From: a virus
Taxonomy: Duplodnaviria; Caudoviricetes
Virus record (IMG/VR): IMGVR_UViG_3300024325_000045
Location: 1 to 29,349 of that record
Direction: 5' to 3' (one strand)
Length of the DNA: 29,349 bases
Position numbers and translations under genes: made by a program. Shown here piece after piece: positions 16,825 through 24,820 of this stretch. The number at the start of each line of letters is the position of its first letter. Position 1 is the first letter of the stretch. Below the pieces are notes generated by a model. The model was given only the letters and a program-made list of their open reading frames with translations. It searched no databases and was not told where the DNA came from.

Positions 16825-16901
16825 CGCGGCTTTCTCTTCGGCTGCAAAATACTCGGCCGCGGTATCGGAATCGGATTGAGTGGTAATGGAACGCGATTCA
16901 T
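16821..16901 (-). CDS. 26-aa Pro-rich cationic peptide MNRVPLPLNPIPIPRPSILQPKRKPR
   Basis: Not in the track. ATGA overlaps at both ends link it exactly to the flanking genes. Confidence 0.55.
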   Translation of the reverse strand: MNRVPLPLNPIPIPRPSILQPKRKPR

Positions 16902-17344
16902 ACTCCGTACTGCCTCGCCATTTGCGCCCACCATCTTTCCTTGAATCCAAACGGCTGCTGAACCTGCTCGATAACCACAAAGGCCCCGGCGTCGTCCTCA
17001 TCGCGTAAACACTGTGCGCCTGCACGTAACGCCTTAGCTGCTTCACCCGGAGATAATTCCACGTCGAGCAGTTTGGTTATCGAACTGAGCCGCGCCCGAT
17101 CATTCGCGATGGAATCGATCATCAACGCAGCGATGCGGCGGTATGACACCGGAGGCGTCGGTAACGAAGCAACGCCTGCAACCCCGCTGTAACGCTGTCC
17201 GGACTGCCACACGAGCGATTGCATCGCCGTCGCCATTTGGATCTCCGAATCCTCGAAGATATGACCGACGTCCACCATGTCCGGAATCAGAAACCGCACA
17301 TAATCGATGGGTGGATTGGCTCCGAATTGGTAAGAGAATGACAC
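16898..17344 (-). CDS. Head-tail adaptor/connector protein
   Basis: FSY...IDYVRFLIPD...IFEDSEI pattern. First gene after the capsid. Confidence 0.75.
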   Translation of the reverse strand: MSFSYQFGANPPIDYVRFLIPDMVDVGHIFEDSEIQMATAMQSLVWQSGQRYSGVAGVASLPTPPVSYRRIAALMIDSIANDRARLSSITKLLDVELSPGEAAKALRAGAQCLRDEDDAGAFVVIEQVQQPFGFKERWWAQMARQYGV

Positions 17345-17361
17345 CTAATCGACCTTTCACG

Positions 17362-17399
17362 AAAAACGCCGGATGAGACCCCCTCGAATCTCACCCGGC
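17362..17399 (-). terminator. Intrinsic terminator after the major capsid gene
   Basis: Minus GCCGGGTGAGATTC-GAGG-GGGTCTCATCCGGC then GTTTTT: 14-bp stem including G-U pairs. Confidence 0.8.
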
Positions 17400-17421
17400 C
17401 AGCATCAAACGACGAAAAACC

Positions 17422-18702
17422 TTACGCTCCGGAGCCGTTCGAGGCCACTGTCGAGTGACCGTCGATCACCTTGCCGCCGTAGACACTCAACACTTTGAGT
17501 TCTTGGCTCATTGTGTAGAAATCTCCGAGCGATGCATCAACCCCGCCTCCAGCCCGCATGGTGTTCGGAACCTTCGAGAACACTTGCGGCGTCTCGAATC
17601 CTGCCAGATGCCCGAATTCCATCGCCGGCCGATTCTGTGCGTTCGGATCGAGCGTGATCCCCCAACTCGTTGCAGCATTCGCCGTTGTCGCCACCAGCGG
17701 GATAAACGGATTCATGATCGGCGTCATATTCTGCACGGCCCAGTTATTGATCTCGATGAACTGAGTCGGGAAGCCTTGCACGTTCGCCGTTCCGCCGTTG
17801 ACGCTCAACTGCGCCGTGAGCATGTGCATCAGGTTCTGAGCCGTTGCTACTAGCGACGGCCCGTACCACAGATACATTTTGCCAGCGAGGATAATCGGAT
17901 AGCCATCCACGTCCCGCATGCCAGCGAGGATCTTGAAGGCGTCCTGTAACCCTTGAATCGAAAGCGGCGGATTGTTCGACGCGGCGCCGTTCGCGATGTT
18001 GATGATGTTGGCGAACGTCGAATTGTACAGAAGCGCATTCGGCCCGGAGACGTCGATGTAGAGCCCGGTAAGGAACATCTCGATCCCGCGATTCGCTCCA
18101 ATGACCAGCCGTTGCGCCAGATCATTGAAGATGCCCAGATCGTCGTTAATCATGGCCTCCCACACCACGCGCGTGAACGATTCGTACTTGTACGGCGCGT
18201 ACTGGATGGGGGCATTGTTGATGAGAAACTTTGCCTTCGGCTCACCACCCGGGGCGACTAGTTCCGGCGGCGTTGTGGCTCCGTCGATCAAATAGCGCGA
18301 AACGGAGCGAAAGTCCCGAAGAGTGTGCTTGCGGACCATCGGCAAACTGATTACCGGCGTGGCAGTCCAGTAGCCATAAAGCACACGGTCGAGCACGTCG
18401 AGAGTTAGCGCCGAGAAGTCCGTTACGGACATTCCGCCTACCGGAGCTTCCTGCAAATTGAGCAGCCCCGGATAGCTCTCCGCCAGAGCTCGCACTGCAT
18501 ACTCTTGCGTCGGATGAAACGCCTGACGCATCAGGAACGGATCGGTACGGCCGCCCGCCACGTCGGTGATGAGCCGTGCTGCTTCGAGCACGCGCAACCG
18601 ATGCCGCCCTTGCGCCTGATTTCGCCGCGACTGCCAGCCGTCCAGATCAAGCCCTGCCGAAAAATCGTAAGGAGTGACGCTTTCAGTAATTTGTGGTCTC
18701 AT
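17422..18702 (-). CDS. Major capsid protein (Mu gpT-like, HK97 fold)
   Basis: LRDFR, KYE...WEAMINDDLGIF motifs. 426 aa, RBS AAGGAG, followed by a terminator. Confidence 0.9.
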   Translation of the reverse strand: MRPQITESVTPYDFSAGLDLDGWQSRRNQAQGRHRLRVLEAARLITDVAGGRTDPFLMRQAFHPTQEYAVRALAESYPGLLNLQEAPVGGMSVTDFSALTLDVLDRVLYGYWTATPVISLPMVRKHTLRDFRSVSRYLIDGATTPPELVAPGGEPKAKFLINNAPIQYAPYKYESFTRVVWEAMINDDLGIFNDLAQRLVIGANRGIEMFLTGLYIDVSGPNALLYNSTFANIINIANGAASNNPPLSIQGLQDAFKILAGMRDVDGYPIILAGKMYLWYGPSLVATAQNLMHMLTAQLSVNGGTANVQGFPTQFIEINNWAVQNMTPIMNPFIPLVATTANAATSWGITLDPNAQNRPAMEFGHLAGFETPQVFSKVPNTMRAGGGVDASLGDFYTMSQELKVLSVYGGKVIDGHSTVASNGSGA

Positions 18703-18714
18703 CGTTTATTCTCC

Positions 18715-19122
18715 TTAGTCTCTCGATACCGAATTGGTCAGTCTCACTAGCGCGTTCGTGGTTGTCACGCCAGCAGTGATCGTTGCCGTGCCGACATAAT
18801 TTCCGAATGGAGCGTTCCCGCGGGTCTTGTCGATCGTCAGTGCGGTTGTGACGTTCGTTGTAGCATCCAGCGATCCCGAGGCGAAGAGTTCATCTCCCGG
18901 CCGAAGGGTTAGACCAGATACGGGTGATTGCGTGCTCTGTGCGATCACAGTGAGAGAGGCCACGCCAACCAGAACAAACTGGCAGCCTCCAAGGGTCGCA
19001 TTGTAGTTATCGACCGCGACGGCCGGCATGGTGCCGATCAACACCGGCATTCCCTTAGTCACCGAACTGGGACAAGGGAAAAATATGCTATTGTCGTCGG
19101 GAAAGATCGGGTAATTAAGCAT
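18715..19122 (-). CDS. Capsid decoration/cement protein (DUF2190-like)
   Basis: MLNY...VTKGMPVLIGTMPAVA...GV...GD...FG...VRL pattern. Between scaffold and capsid. Confidence 0.75.
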   Translation of the reverse strand: MLNYPIFPDDNSIFFPCPSSVTKGMPVLIGTMPAVAVDNYNATLGGCQFVLVGVASLTVIAQSTQSPVSGLTLRPGDELFASGSLDATTNVTTALTIDKTRGNAPFGNYVGTATITAGVTTTNALVRLTNSVSRD

Positions 19123-20626
19123 TCGGAGCCTCCCCGTACCCAGCGGCGATCGCCTTCACGGCAGTCTCAGGCAGCCCGAATCCGGCAAACACGCTCAGCG
19201 CCCGCCTGTGAGCCATTGCGCTGGCTTCGCGAAGCTTCGTCTCCGCTTCCGGGTTCGGCGCCGCACCGCCTGAACCCATGCCGATTACCCGGCCCGCGCC
19301 TGTGAGGCTCGCCACGTAGGCGCCTTCGCGTTTTGCTTCCGCGTTCACTGCTTCCGCGAATTTCACTTTGTCGAGAGCGCCTTCGAGCATCGGAATTTCC
19401 CGCGAGAGCACCAAGTCAACGACTCGTGCTTTGCTGGCTTCCTGCAGCGTGATGTCTTTGAGGATGCGTGAAGCCTCCTCTCTGGCATCGCCGCGGATTG
19501 CCCGTTCAAGCAGTGGAGCCTGAGCGGACTTCACCGCCGATTCGATTAATTTCTGTACAGCAGTTTCGTCCATCTCGGACTCCTGTTTTGGATTGGCGGA
19601 AACGGCCGCCTCCGTCAAAATCATTCCGCCCGCGCCAGCTCGGGTTACCACATCGATACTTTCGCAGCCGGTAAACTCCTTCAGAATCGGGACGCCGTCT
19701 TTCAGGACTGGCCGATTCGCTTCCATTACGGCGTTTCCGTTGGCCCGGATCGACATGCCCGAGTAGGGAGCCTTTTCTAACACCCCCGGAGCGATATCGC
19801 CGGCGAATTTGGCCTTCGCATAAAGACCGTCGCCGTGTTTCACGCTTTCCTTCCAGTAGGCGTCCGAGGAAAGTGCACCGGCGAGCTTATGCCAGTCGCC
19901 CGCTGGCCGCTCTGCCGATTCGCGTGCAGTGGCGTGATTGATATAGATTTGTGTGTTCTTTTTGAAGACGTTAGGCCCGTCCCGCTTCAACACTTCAGCG
20001 GGATAAAAAGCAGTCGATCCCCTGCCCGGAGCGATAATCTTGATTTCTACCTCGCGGCCGGCCGACTCAATAAGTTGAAGTTCTTCCCCCCACGAAGTTG
20101 ATTCTAGGAGTTGTAAGGTAGAATGTTTTTGTGGTGTTTCACGCTCAACGCTGGCGCGGGCCTGTTCTCGGCTGTCCAATTGCCGAAAAGCATCGGATTC
20201 GCGATTGCCGTTCGTGTCGTGCCGCCCTGATGCGTCACGCTCGCGCCGCTGGCCAGTGGAACCCTCCGTATGATGAGAAAATAAAAGCCCGAGCAATTCT
20301 TGGCGTGTATTTGCGTCGAGGGAAGATTCAAAAAGGGCCTTGCAGCTTGTGCGGATCGCCGAAGTCTCAGGCACATCACCGAGACTATTCAAAGCCTCTT
20401 GAAGTGACTTGGCTTTGCAAAAGGCATCACGAGCAGATTCACCACCTCGACCCGCTTCAGCCATTGAGCAGTTAGCCCCGAGGGACGTTGCGTGATCGTG
20501 GATCGCCTGCAAGACGCTGAGATCTCGCTTTGAATTGCGCGCCCCAGCTTCACTCGTCTCGACCTTGCCGTCCGCCATTTCCTGCATACGCAAGGCGAGC
20601 GCTACAAATTCGGCACGTAAGAGCAT
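19115..20626 (-). CDS. Prohead protease / scaffold fusion
   Basis: IIAPGRG, FYPAEVL, YINH, GMSI, SIDVVTRAGAGG protease motifs, then a helical scaffold tail. Confidence 0.85.
   Translation of the reverse strand: MLLRAEFVALALRMQEMADGKVETSEAGARNSKRDLSVLQAIHDHATSLGANCSMAEAGRGGESARDAFCKAKSLQEALNSLGDVPETSAIRTSCKALFESSLDANTRQELLGLLFSHHTEGSTGQRRERDASGRHDTNGNRESDAFRQLDSREQARASVERETPQKHSTLQLLESTSWGEELQLIESAGREVEIKIIAPGRGSTAFYPAEVLKRDGPNVFKKNTQIYINHATARESAERPAGDWHKLAGALSSDAYWKESVKHGDGLYAKAKFAGDIAPGVLEKAPYSGMSIRANGNAVMEANRPVLKDGVPILKEFTGCESIDVVTRAGAGGMILTEAAVSANPKQESEMDETAVQKLIESAVKSAQAPLLERAIRGDAREEASRILKDITLQEASKARVVDLVLSREIPMLEGALDKVKFAEAVNAEAKREGAYVASLTGAGRVIGMGSGGAAPNPEAETKLREASAMAHRRALSVFAGFGLPETAVKAIAAGYGEAPNA
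20131..20475 (+). CDS. HNH-like endonuclease nested antisense inside the protease/scaffold gene
   Basis: CRSC...ARAILGVYLRRGKIQKGPCSLCGSPKSQAHHRDYSKPLEVTWLCKRHHEQIH is a recognisable phage HNH-like signature. TAGAAT lies 6 nt before the GTG. Confidence 0.85.
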   Translation: MVFHAQRWRGPVLGCPIAEKHRIRDCRSCRAALMRHARAAGQWNPPYDEKIKARAILGVYLRRGKIQKGPCSLCGSPKSQAHHRDYSKPLEVTWLCKRHHEQIHHLDPLQPLSS

Positions 20627-20697
20627 GTACCGCTATATTTAGTGCGTAACCCGCTGGAAGGCAAGCAAACGGAATAAAATCTTAGTAAGATACCATC

Positions 20698-20973
20698 ATG
20701 CCTGAAACCGAACTTTGCTCGAAGTGTAAGGAGAATCCCCGCGCCGACTCCGATTCAAACAATCCCTGGTGCAAGCCCTGTCGAGCCAAATATGCGAAAG
20801 AATATGCCGATGAGAAGTTGACCCGCGAACGGTCAAAGGGTTTTGTGGCCGGCGTCGAGGCGATGGTGCAAACGCTCGCTACTGAGTTCGGCCGCCATGG
20901 TCGTGCTCAGATGACTTGCCGGGAAGTGGAATTTGCAATCCGGAATTCACCGCGTCCTCAGATGCCGACCTGA
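20698..20973 (+). CDS. Small Zn-finger protein (CxxC...CxxC)
   Basis: CSKC and CKPC. TAAGAT 6 nt before the ATG. Divergent from the protease gene. Confidence 0.7.
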   Translation: MPETELCSKCKENPRADSDSNNPWCKPCRAKYAKEYADEKLTRERSKGFVAGVEAMVQTLATEFGRHGRAQMTCREVEFAIRNSPRPQMPT

Positions 20974-21186
20974 CGCGCGAAACTCGCGTTGCTTCTCCTC
21001 TAGGATCAGTCTGCGAACGTTCGAGGCGCATATCCCAAAGACACAGGCGATTTGCCTGATCGTCAGCTTATCCATTTTGCGTTCTAGTTCGATCCAAAGA
21101 TTGATCAGCGTTGCGTTACGTTGTGTCTTGGCGTTGCGTTGTGCCACAGTTCTACCTGTATTTGAGAACGAGCCAATCGCGGCCAT
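20947..21186 (-). CDS. Small HTH DNA-binding protein
   Basis: LTIRQIACVFGICASNVRRLI fits an HTH. Start uncertain. Confidence 0.6.
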   Translation of the reverse strand: MAAIGSFSNTGRTVAQRNAKTQRNATLINLWIELERKMDKLTIRQIACVFGICASNVRRLILEEKQREFRASGRHLRTR

Positions 21187-21436
21187 TGCCGGGTTTCAGC
21201 TTGGCGGGATCAAAGTGAACCGTATAGCCGATGCCGGGGTTTTTCTCTTGATGCAAGATCGTGCTCATTGGCAGCTTTTTTCCGTTCCGATAGATAGAGC
21301 CTACTTCTTTGGTAACGGCCGCTGAAGCAACCGGCCCAGTCATCACAAAACAGAGCGCTGTCCCGTCGTTACACTCTTGAGGCTTCGTGGAATGAAAAGG
21401 CCAGATGGAGAAAACGATGGCGAGTAGAGGAATCAT
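21152..21436 (-). CDS. Small exported protein with fibre-like C-terminal motif
   Basis: Hydrophobic N-terminus, then IYRNGKKL...YTVHF...DWLVLKY. ATGA coupling. Confidence 0.6.
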   Translation of the reverse strand: MIPLLAIVFSIWPFHSTKPQECNDGTALCFVMTGPVASAAVTKEVGSIYRNGKKLPMSTILHQEKNPGIGYTVHFDPAKLKPGNGRDWLVLKYR

Positions 21437-21750
21437 GGCTTTGACTTCACTTCCACTTTCGGCGCAGGCCGGTTCACATACTCCCGCAGCGCGTTGAGCG
21501 CCCCATCCCTGATCGTTAACTCAGTCTGACAGGCCCGCTGCGTTGCGGCTAGCTGCTCCTCGGCTTTGGCGAGTCGAGCCTTGAGCGATTCAATCAGAGC
21601 GGATTCATCCTTGTGAATGTCTAGTGGCTCTGGCTTGGGCTTTGGTTCTTCGGCATGAGCTACAAACAACCAAATCAAAATCAGCGGTATAGATATTGCT
21701 AATGACCTGGAAAGGCAAAGCCAGCAGAATCCAGATTCGGCGTGTTTCAT
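21433..21750 (-). CDS. Signal-peptide/anchor coiled-coil protein
   Basis: ATG 21750 coupled to the upstream stop. LAISIPLILIWLFVAHA-EE, then a coiled coil. Confidence 0.65.
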   Translation of the reverse strand: MKHAESGFCWLCLSRSLAISIPLILIWLFVAHAEEPKPKPEPLDIHKDESALIESLKARLAKAEEQLAATQRACQTELTIRDGALNALREYVNRPAPKVEVKSKP

Positions 21751-22091
21751 TTGGGGACACCCAGGAAGCAAACCAACTTCCCCTCAACCCAGACTTCCCA
21801 TTGATGCGCCACCCCTTGATAGCGATGGCGCCGCACATCCTCAACGAATGCCTGAAGGAATCTTTGAGTCGGTTTCGATGTAGTCAACTGATCGACGCAC
21901 CTCCTGATTTCTGCGGGACTCGTCGGGTTTTCGTAGGAAATCACAAATCCGGTCCATGATTCACTGTTCCACGTGACGCCATCTCGCGGAATGTACTTGC
22001 CCGCTGTGGTGCAGTCCACATCCTGGGAATTGACCGTTGAAAACTGGGCTAGCATCGACCCGGCGACCAGCAGAATGCCTAGGATTTTCAT
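21747..22091 (-). CDS. Secreted hypothetical protein
   Basis: MKILGILLVAGSMLA-Q signal peptide. ATGA coupling on both sides. Confidence 0.7.
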   Translation of the reverse strand: MKILGILLVAGSMLAQFSTVNSQDVDCTTAGKYIPRDGVTWNSESWTGFVISYENPTSPAEIRRCVDQLTTSKPTQRFLQAFVEDVRRHRYQGVAHQWEVWVEGKLVCFLGVPK

Positions 22092-22618
22092 GGCCGCACG
22101 CTCCTGAGAACGTATACGTCCACTACCCCCGCACTAATTGACGTGAGAAGGTCAACCGTGCTTGTAAGTGCTAGCACAACGTTCGTTGCCGCTGACGTAT
22201 CGCTTCCCACAACAAGAGGCTTTAGTGTGGTATGGTTCGTAGCGCTCACGGCGGTTTTAAGATTGTACCCAGTAACGGCGGAAACCAAGAAGAGATTCGG
22301 TGAGTCTGTGGTTCCCAATCCTCCTAAGAGTGTTGTCGTTCCGACAAAGGCCGTGGTTGATTCGATGTAGAAATCATGCACGAAACCCTTTGCCAGCAAG
22401 GGAAAGAGGGGAATGCTTTGCGTCAGACCCGCCGCTTTGGCAATCGAGGCCGCCGTACAGCCGGTTCCTGAAACCACCAGATTGGTGGTGGAGTTGGTGA
22501 CTGTACATTTGATCCACATCGGCACGGCGCCGGGGTTGACCGGGTTGTAGGTGAGCATCCCGCTTTGGCCGAAAGCCGAGAATGCCAACAAGAAGAAGAG
22601 GCCGATTAGATGAAGCAT
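22088..22618 (-). CDS. Secreted beta-rich protein resembling a virion decoration protein
   Basis: Start reassigned to ATG 22618: MLHLIGLFFLLAFSAFG-Q. Thr-rich jelly-roll-like body (STTAFVGTTT, AGVVDVYV). Confidence 0.7.
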   Translation of the reverse strand: MLHLIGLFFLLAFSAFGQSGMLTYNPVNPGAVPMWIKCTVTNSTTNLVVSGTGCTAASIAKAAGLTQSIPLFPLLAKGFVHDFYIESTTAFVGTTTLLGGLGTTDSPNLFLVSAVTGYNLKTAVSATNHTTLKPLVVGSDTSAATNVVLALTSTVDLLTSISAGVVDVYVLRSVRP

Positions 22619-24012
22619 TTCCACGCTCCTGCAACACGGTAAGCAAATGCGCCGCCGCCAGATCCCGCGCAAGTATTGTCGGAACCGCTGGTGACCGTGC
22701 AGTCCGAGCAAAAGACTTCGGCGGCATTGGCGTAAGCCACCAAAGCGCTGAAGGTTGTCGAACCAAGTTGGTTTGCCGCTGTGCCTGTGCTCCGAAAGCC
22801 CCACTTACCAACGGCCCCATTAACTGTACTTTTATACCCAGAGAATGTTGTCGCTCCAGCCGCTGGATCTTCCGCGACGAAACAATTGGCTTCTGTCACT
22901 GGTGCGCCGCCACCATTGACGATTGTGGTGCAATTGTACCCCCGCACGTCGCCGATGGTTGTATTGTTGTTGGCAAAAGTCGATTCCGCTTCATAATAAT
23001 AAATAGAGTTGATAGTCTGCGCCGAGCCACTCGCTCCCACGCCTAAGCCTGAAAAGACGCCTTTGTACTTGGTCGTCGTCATGGCGGGTTTATCGATAAA
23101 GCTGAGAATGACGAGGCTATCCGACTCAGCCCTGTTGACTAGAGCACTATCCGTCAATACAACGCGCAGTGGAGTAGGCTGGGCTGCTGTTGCAACAGCC
23201 GTTTGAGCTATTCTTACCATTCCGAACTTGTTGTTTGTTCCAAAAATGGTTAGGCCGAAATCCGCATCGATCTGCCTTAAATCGGCGATATTCGCGGCCA
23301 GATTGCCGAGCAAGGTGGACGTGGTGACTGAGAGGGCGCTGAACGTAATGGATGACGCGCCGGTGGAATGGCACATAAGGTCGAAAAAGCCTTCGCCGCT
23401 GTAGACAAATTGAACGGAACCTGCTCCCGAAACAAGCGGAATGGAAACGGACGCCGTGGCTGTATAGTCTGGTGAGATGAAACACGATAGATTGGGAACG
23501 CCCGATAACGCACTGATTGTATACGTAAACGTGTATGTCACTCCTGCCACGAAATCGGCGGGCGCATCTTGGTATAGTTCGTCGCAATCTGGACCGCCGC
23601 AATAAGCCGCTCCCGCGCCAGAGCCATGAGTATACGTGGCTGATCCCGTATTGATAACAAAGCCGGTGCCATCAACGGACCAAGCAGCCTGACCCATCGG
23701 AAAGGTCCCATCCAGTAAGAGATTTCCCGTCGGAGCCTCAAGGATTGCCAGCGTTGTCCCATCCCACGAGCCAAATCCTCCGAACGCTCCTGCATTGTTG
23801 AACGGAATTGAATTAACGGGCGAGGGAGGAGTCGCGCTGATCGTTCCAGTTCCGCTCGTGCCGAGAGATCCGCCTGAACCGATAACCAGCGCCGCCGTAT
23901 TCGTGCCCGCCGTGATGCTCGAGAATGCTGGCGTGCTGCTTCCCCCGCCACCACCTGGAGGCGTGTACTGAGCCCACAGTGAAACCGCGAAGAGAATCCA
24001 GAGCATTCTCAT
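22606..24012 (-). CDS. Secreted fibre/adhesin-like protein (468 aa)
   Basis: Start reassigned to ATG 24012: MRMLWILFAVSLWA-Q. Gly/Ser/Thr-rich, SIPFNNAGAFGG fibre motif, CBM-like NLLLDGTF...GVTYTFTY, Cys-containing C-terminus. Confidence 0.75.
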   Translation of the reverse strand: MRMLWILFAVSLWAQYTPPGGGGGSSTPAFSSITAGTNTAALVIGSGGSLGTSGTGTISATPPSPVNSIPFNNAGAFGGFGSWDGTTLAILEAPTGNLLLDGTFPMGQAAWSVDGTGFVINTGSATYTHGSGAGAAYCGGPDCDELYQDAPADFVAGVTYTFTYTISALSGVPNLSCFISPDYTATASVSIPLVSGAGSVQFVYSGEGFFDLMCHSTGASSITFSALSVTTSTLLGNLAANIADLRQIDADFGLTIFGTNNKFGMVRIAQTAVATAAQPTPLRVVLTDSALVNRAESDSLVILSFIDKPAMTTTKYKGVFSGLGVGASGSAQTINSIYYYEAESTFANNNTTIGDVRGYNCTTIVNGGGAPVTEANCFVAEDPAAGATTFSGYKSTVNGAVGKWGFRSTGTAANQLGSTTFSALVAYANAAEVFCSDCTVTSGSDNTCAGSGGGAFAYRVAGAWKCFI

Positions 24013-24347
24013 TTCGCCCACCCGATATCCACTTTGTCGCCTGTCGTGCAGTAGTAAAACAATTTCGTCAGATCGTACCGCGGACTTCCCTGCGAAACGA
24101 CTGGGGTGTTGTAACCCCCGCCGGCTGCGATCGGAAACCCTCGCGTAGCGCTGACGCTCGAATCTCCGAACCGCACCACAGCGGAGTTGGTCGACGGTGC
24201 GATGAGTTGCACCCAGAGCGCAAGACCGGAGGTGCTGACAGCGTGAGCGGCTGAGTCGCAAGTGATTTCAGCGGGTACAACAATGAGCGTTTGAGCAGAC
24301 AGCAGAAAGGCAAGCAAAAGCGGCGCGAACAATCGAGCAGTTCTCAT
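24009..24347 (-). CDS. Secreted small beta-sandwich protein resembling phage structural proteins
   Basis: MRTARLFAPLLLAFLLSA-Q, then VQLIAPSTNSAVVRFGDSSVS...GFPI...DL...GDKV. TGATACAAT 6 nt before the ATG. Confidence 0.75.
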   Translation of the reverse strand: MRTARLFAPLLLAFLLSAQTLIVVPAEITCDSAAHAVSTSGLALWVQLIAPSTNSAVVRFGDSSVSATRGFPIAAGGGYNTPVVSQGSPRYDLTKLFYYCTTGDKVDIGWAK

Positions 24348-24359
24348 GCGCGGATTGTA

Positions 24360-24635
24360 TCACACATAAACCCGTTTCCTCGTATCCCTGTATTCAACCT
24401 GGCAGGTGCAATGGGGATGCGCGGGGGGTTCATCGTCTCCGCTGGAGAATAAATCGTCCATGTCGATATCGCCATCTTCGGAGTTTTCCACGCAGAGTTC
24501 ACAGTTCCCAGCTACCCCACCGTCTCCTAGAATCCAGCGTTTTACGGTCACTTCATCGTAATAATACTCGCCGGGGGCTTCTTCTAGCGCCCAGACCAGC
24601 GCCTGCGCGAGCGTTTCGAGTTGCTGCTCCGTCAT
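24360..24635 (-). CDS. Miniature MuF/SPP1 gp7-like head morphogenesis protein
   Basis: KRW...CELC..N...GDI...FSSG...PPAHPHCTC is the C-terminal signature of the family. ATG 24635 coupled to the upstream stop. Confidence 0.75.
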   Translation of the reverse strand: MTEQQLETLAQALVWALEEAPGEYYYDEVTVKRWILGDGGVAGNCELCVENSEDGDIDMDDLFSSGDDEPPAHPHCTCQVEYRDTRKRVYV

Positions 24636-24820
24636 GGCTTGAAAATCAGAATCGGGCTGAACGGAACCCAGTGACGTGCTTCCACCGATCCCGCGTCGAG
24701 CCGATGCAGTTCGCAGCGCCACTCCTGCCCGCACTTGGGACACCACCACCGCTGCACTTCATCGAGTTTCCCAGTTCGTAAATCCTCACTCAGCGGCCCT
24801 GTGCAACACTCATCAGGCAT
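24632..24820 (-). CDS. Small Zn-ribbon protein
   Basis: MPDECC...WWCPKCGQEW. Start overlaps the portal end. Confidence 0.6.
   Translation of the reverse strand: MPDECCTGPLSEDLRTGKLDEVQRWWCPKCGQEWRCELHRLDAGSVEARHWVPFSPILIFKP

Noticed and set aside
21152-21750. Rz/Rz1 spanin pair
   Set aside because: The second ORF has no lipobox Cys at the end of its hydrophobic segment, and the pair is far from the holin-like genes. Not fully excluded.
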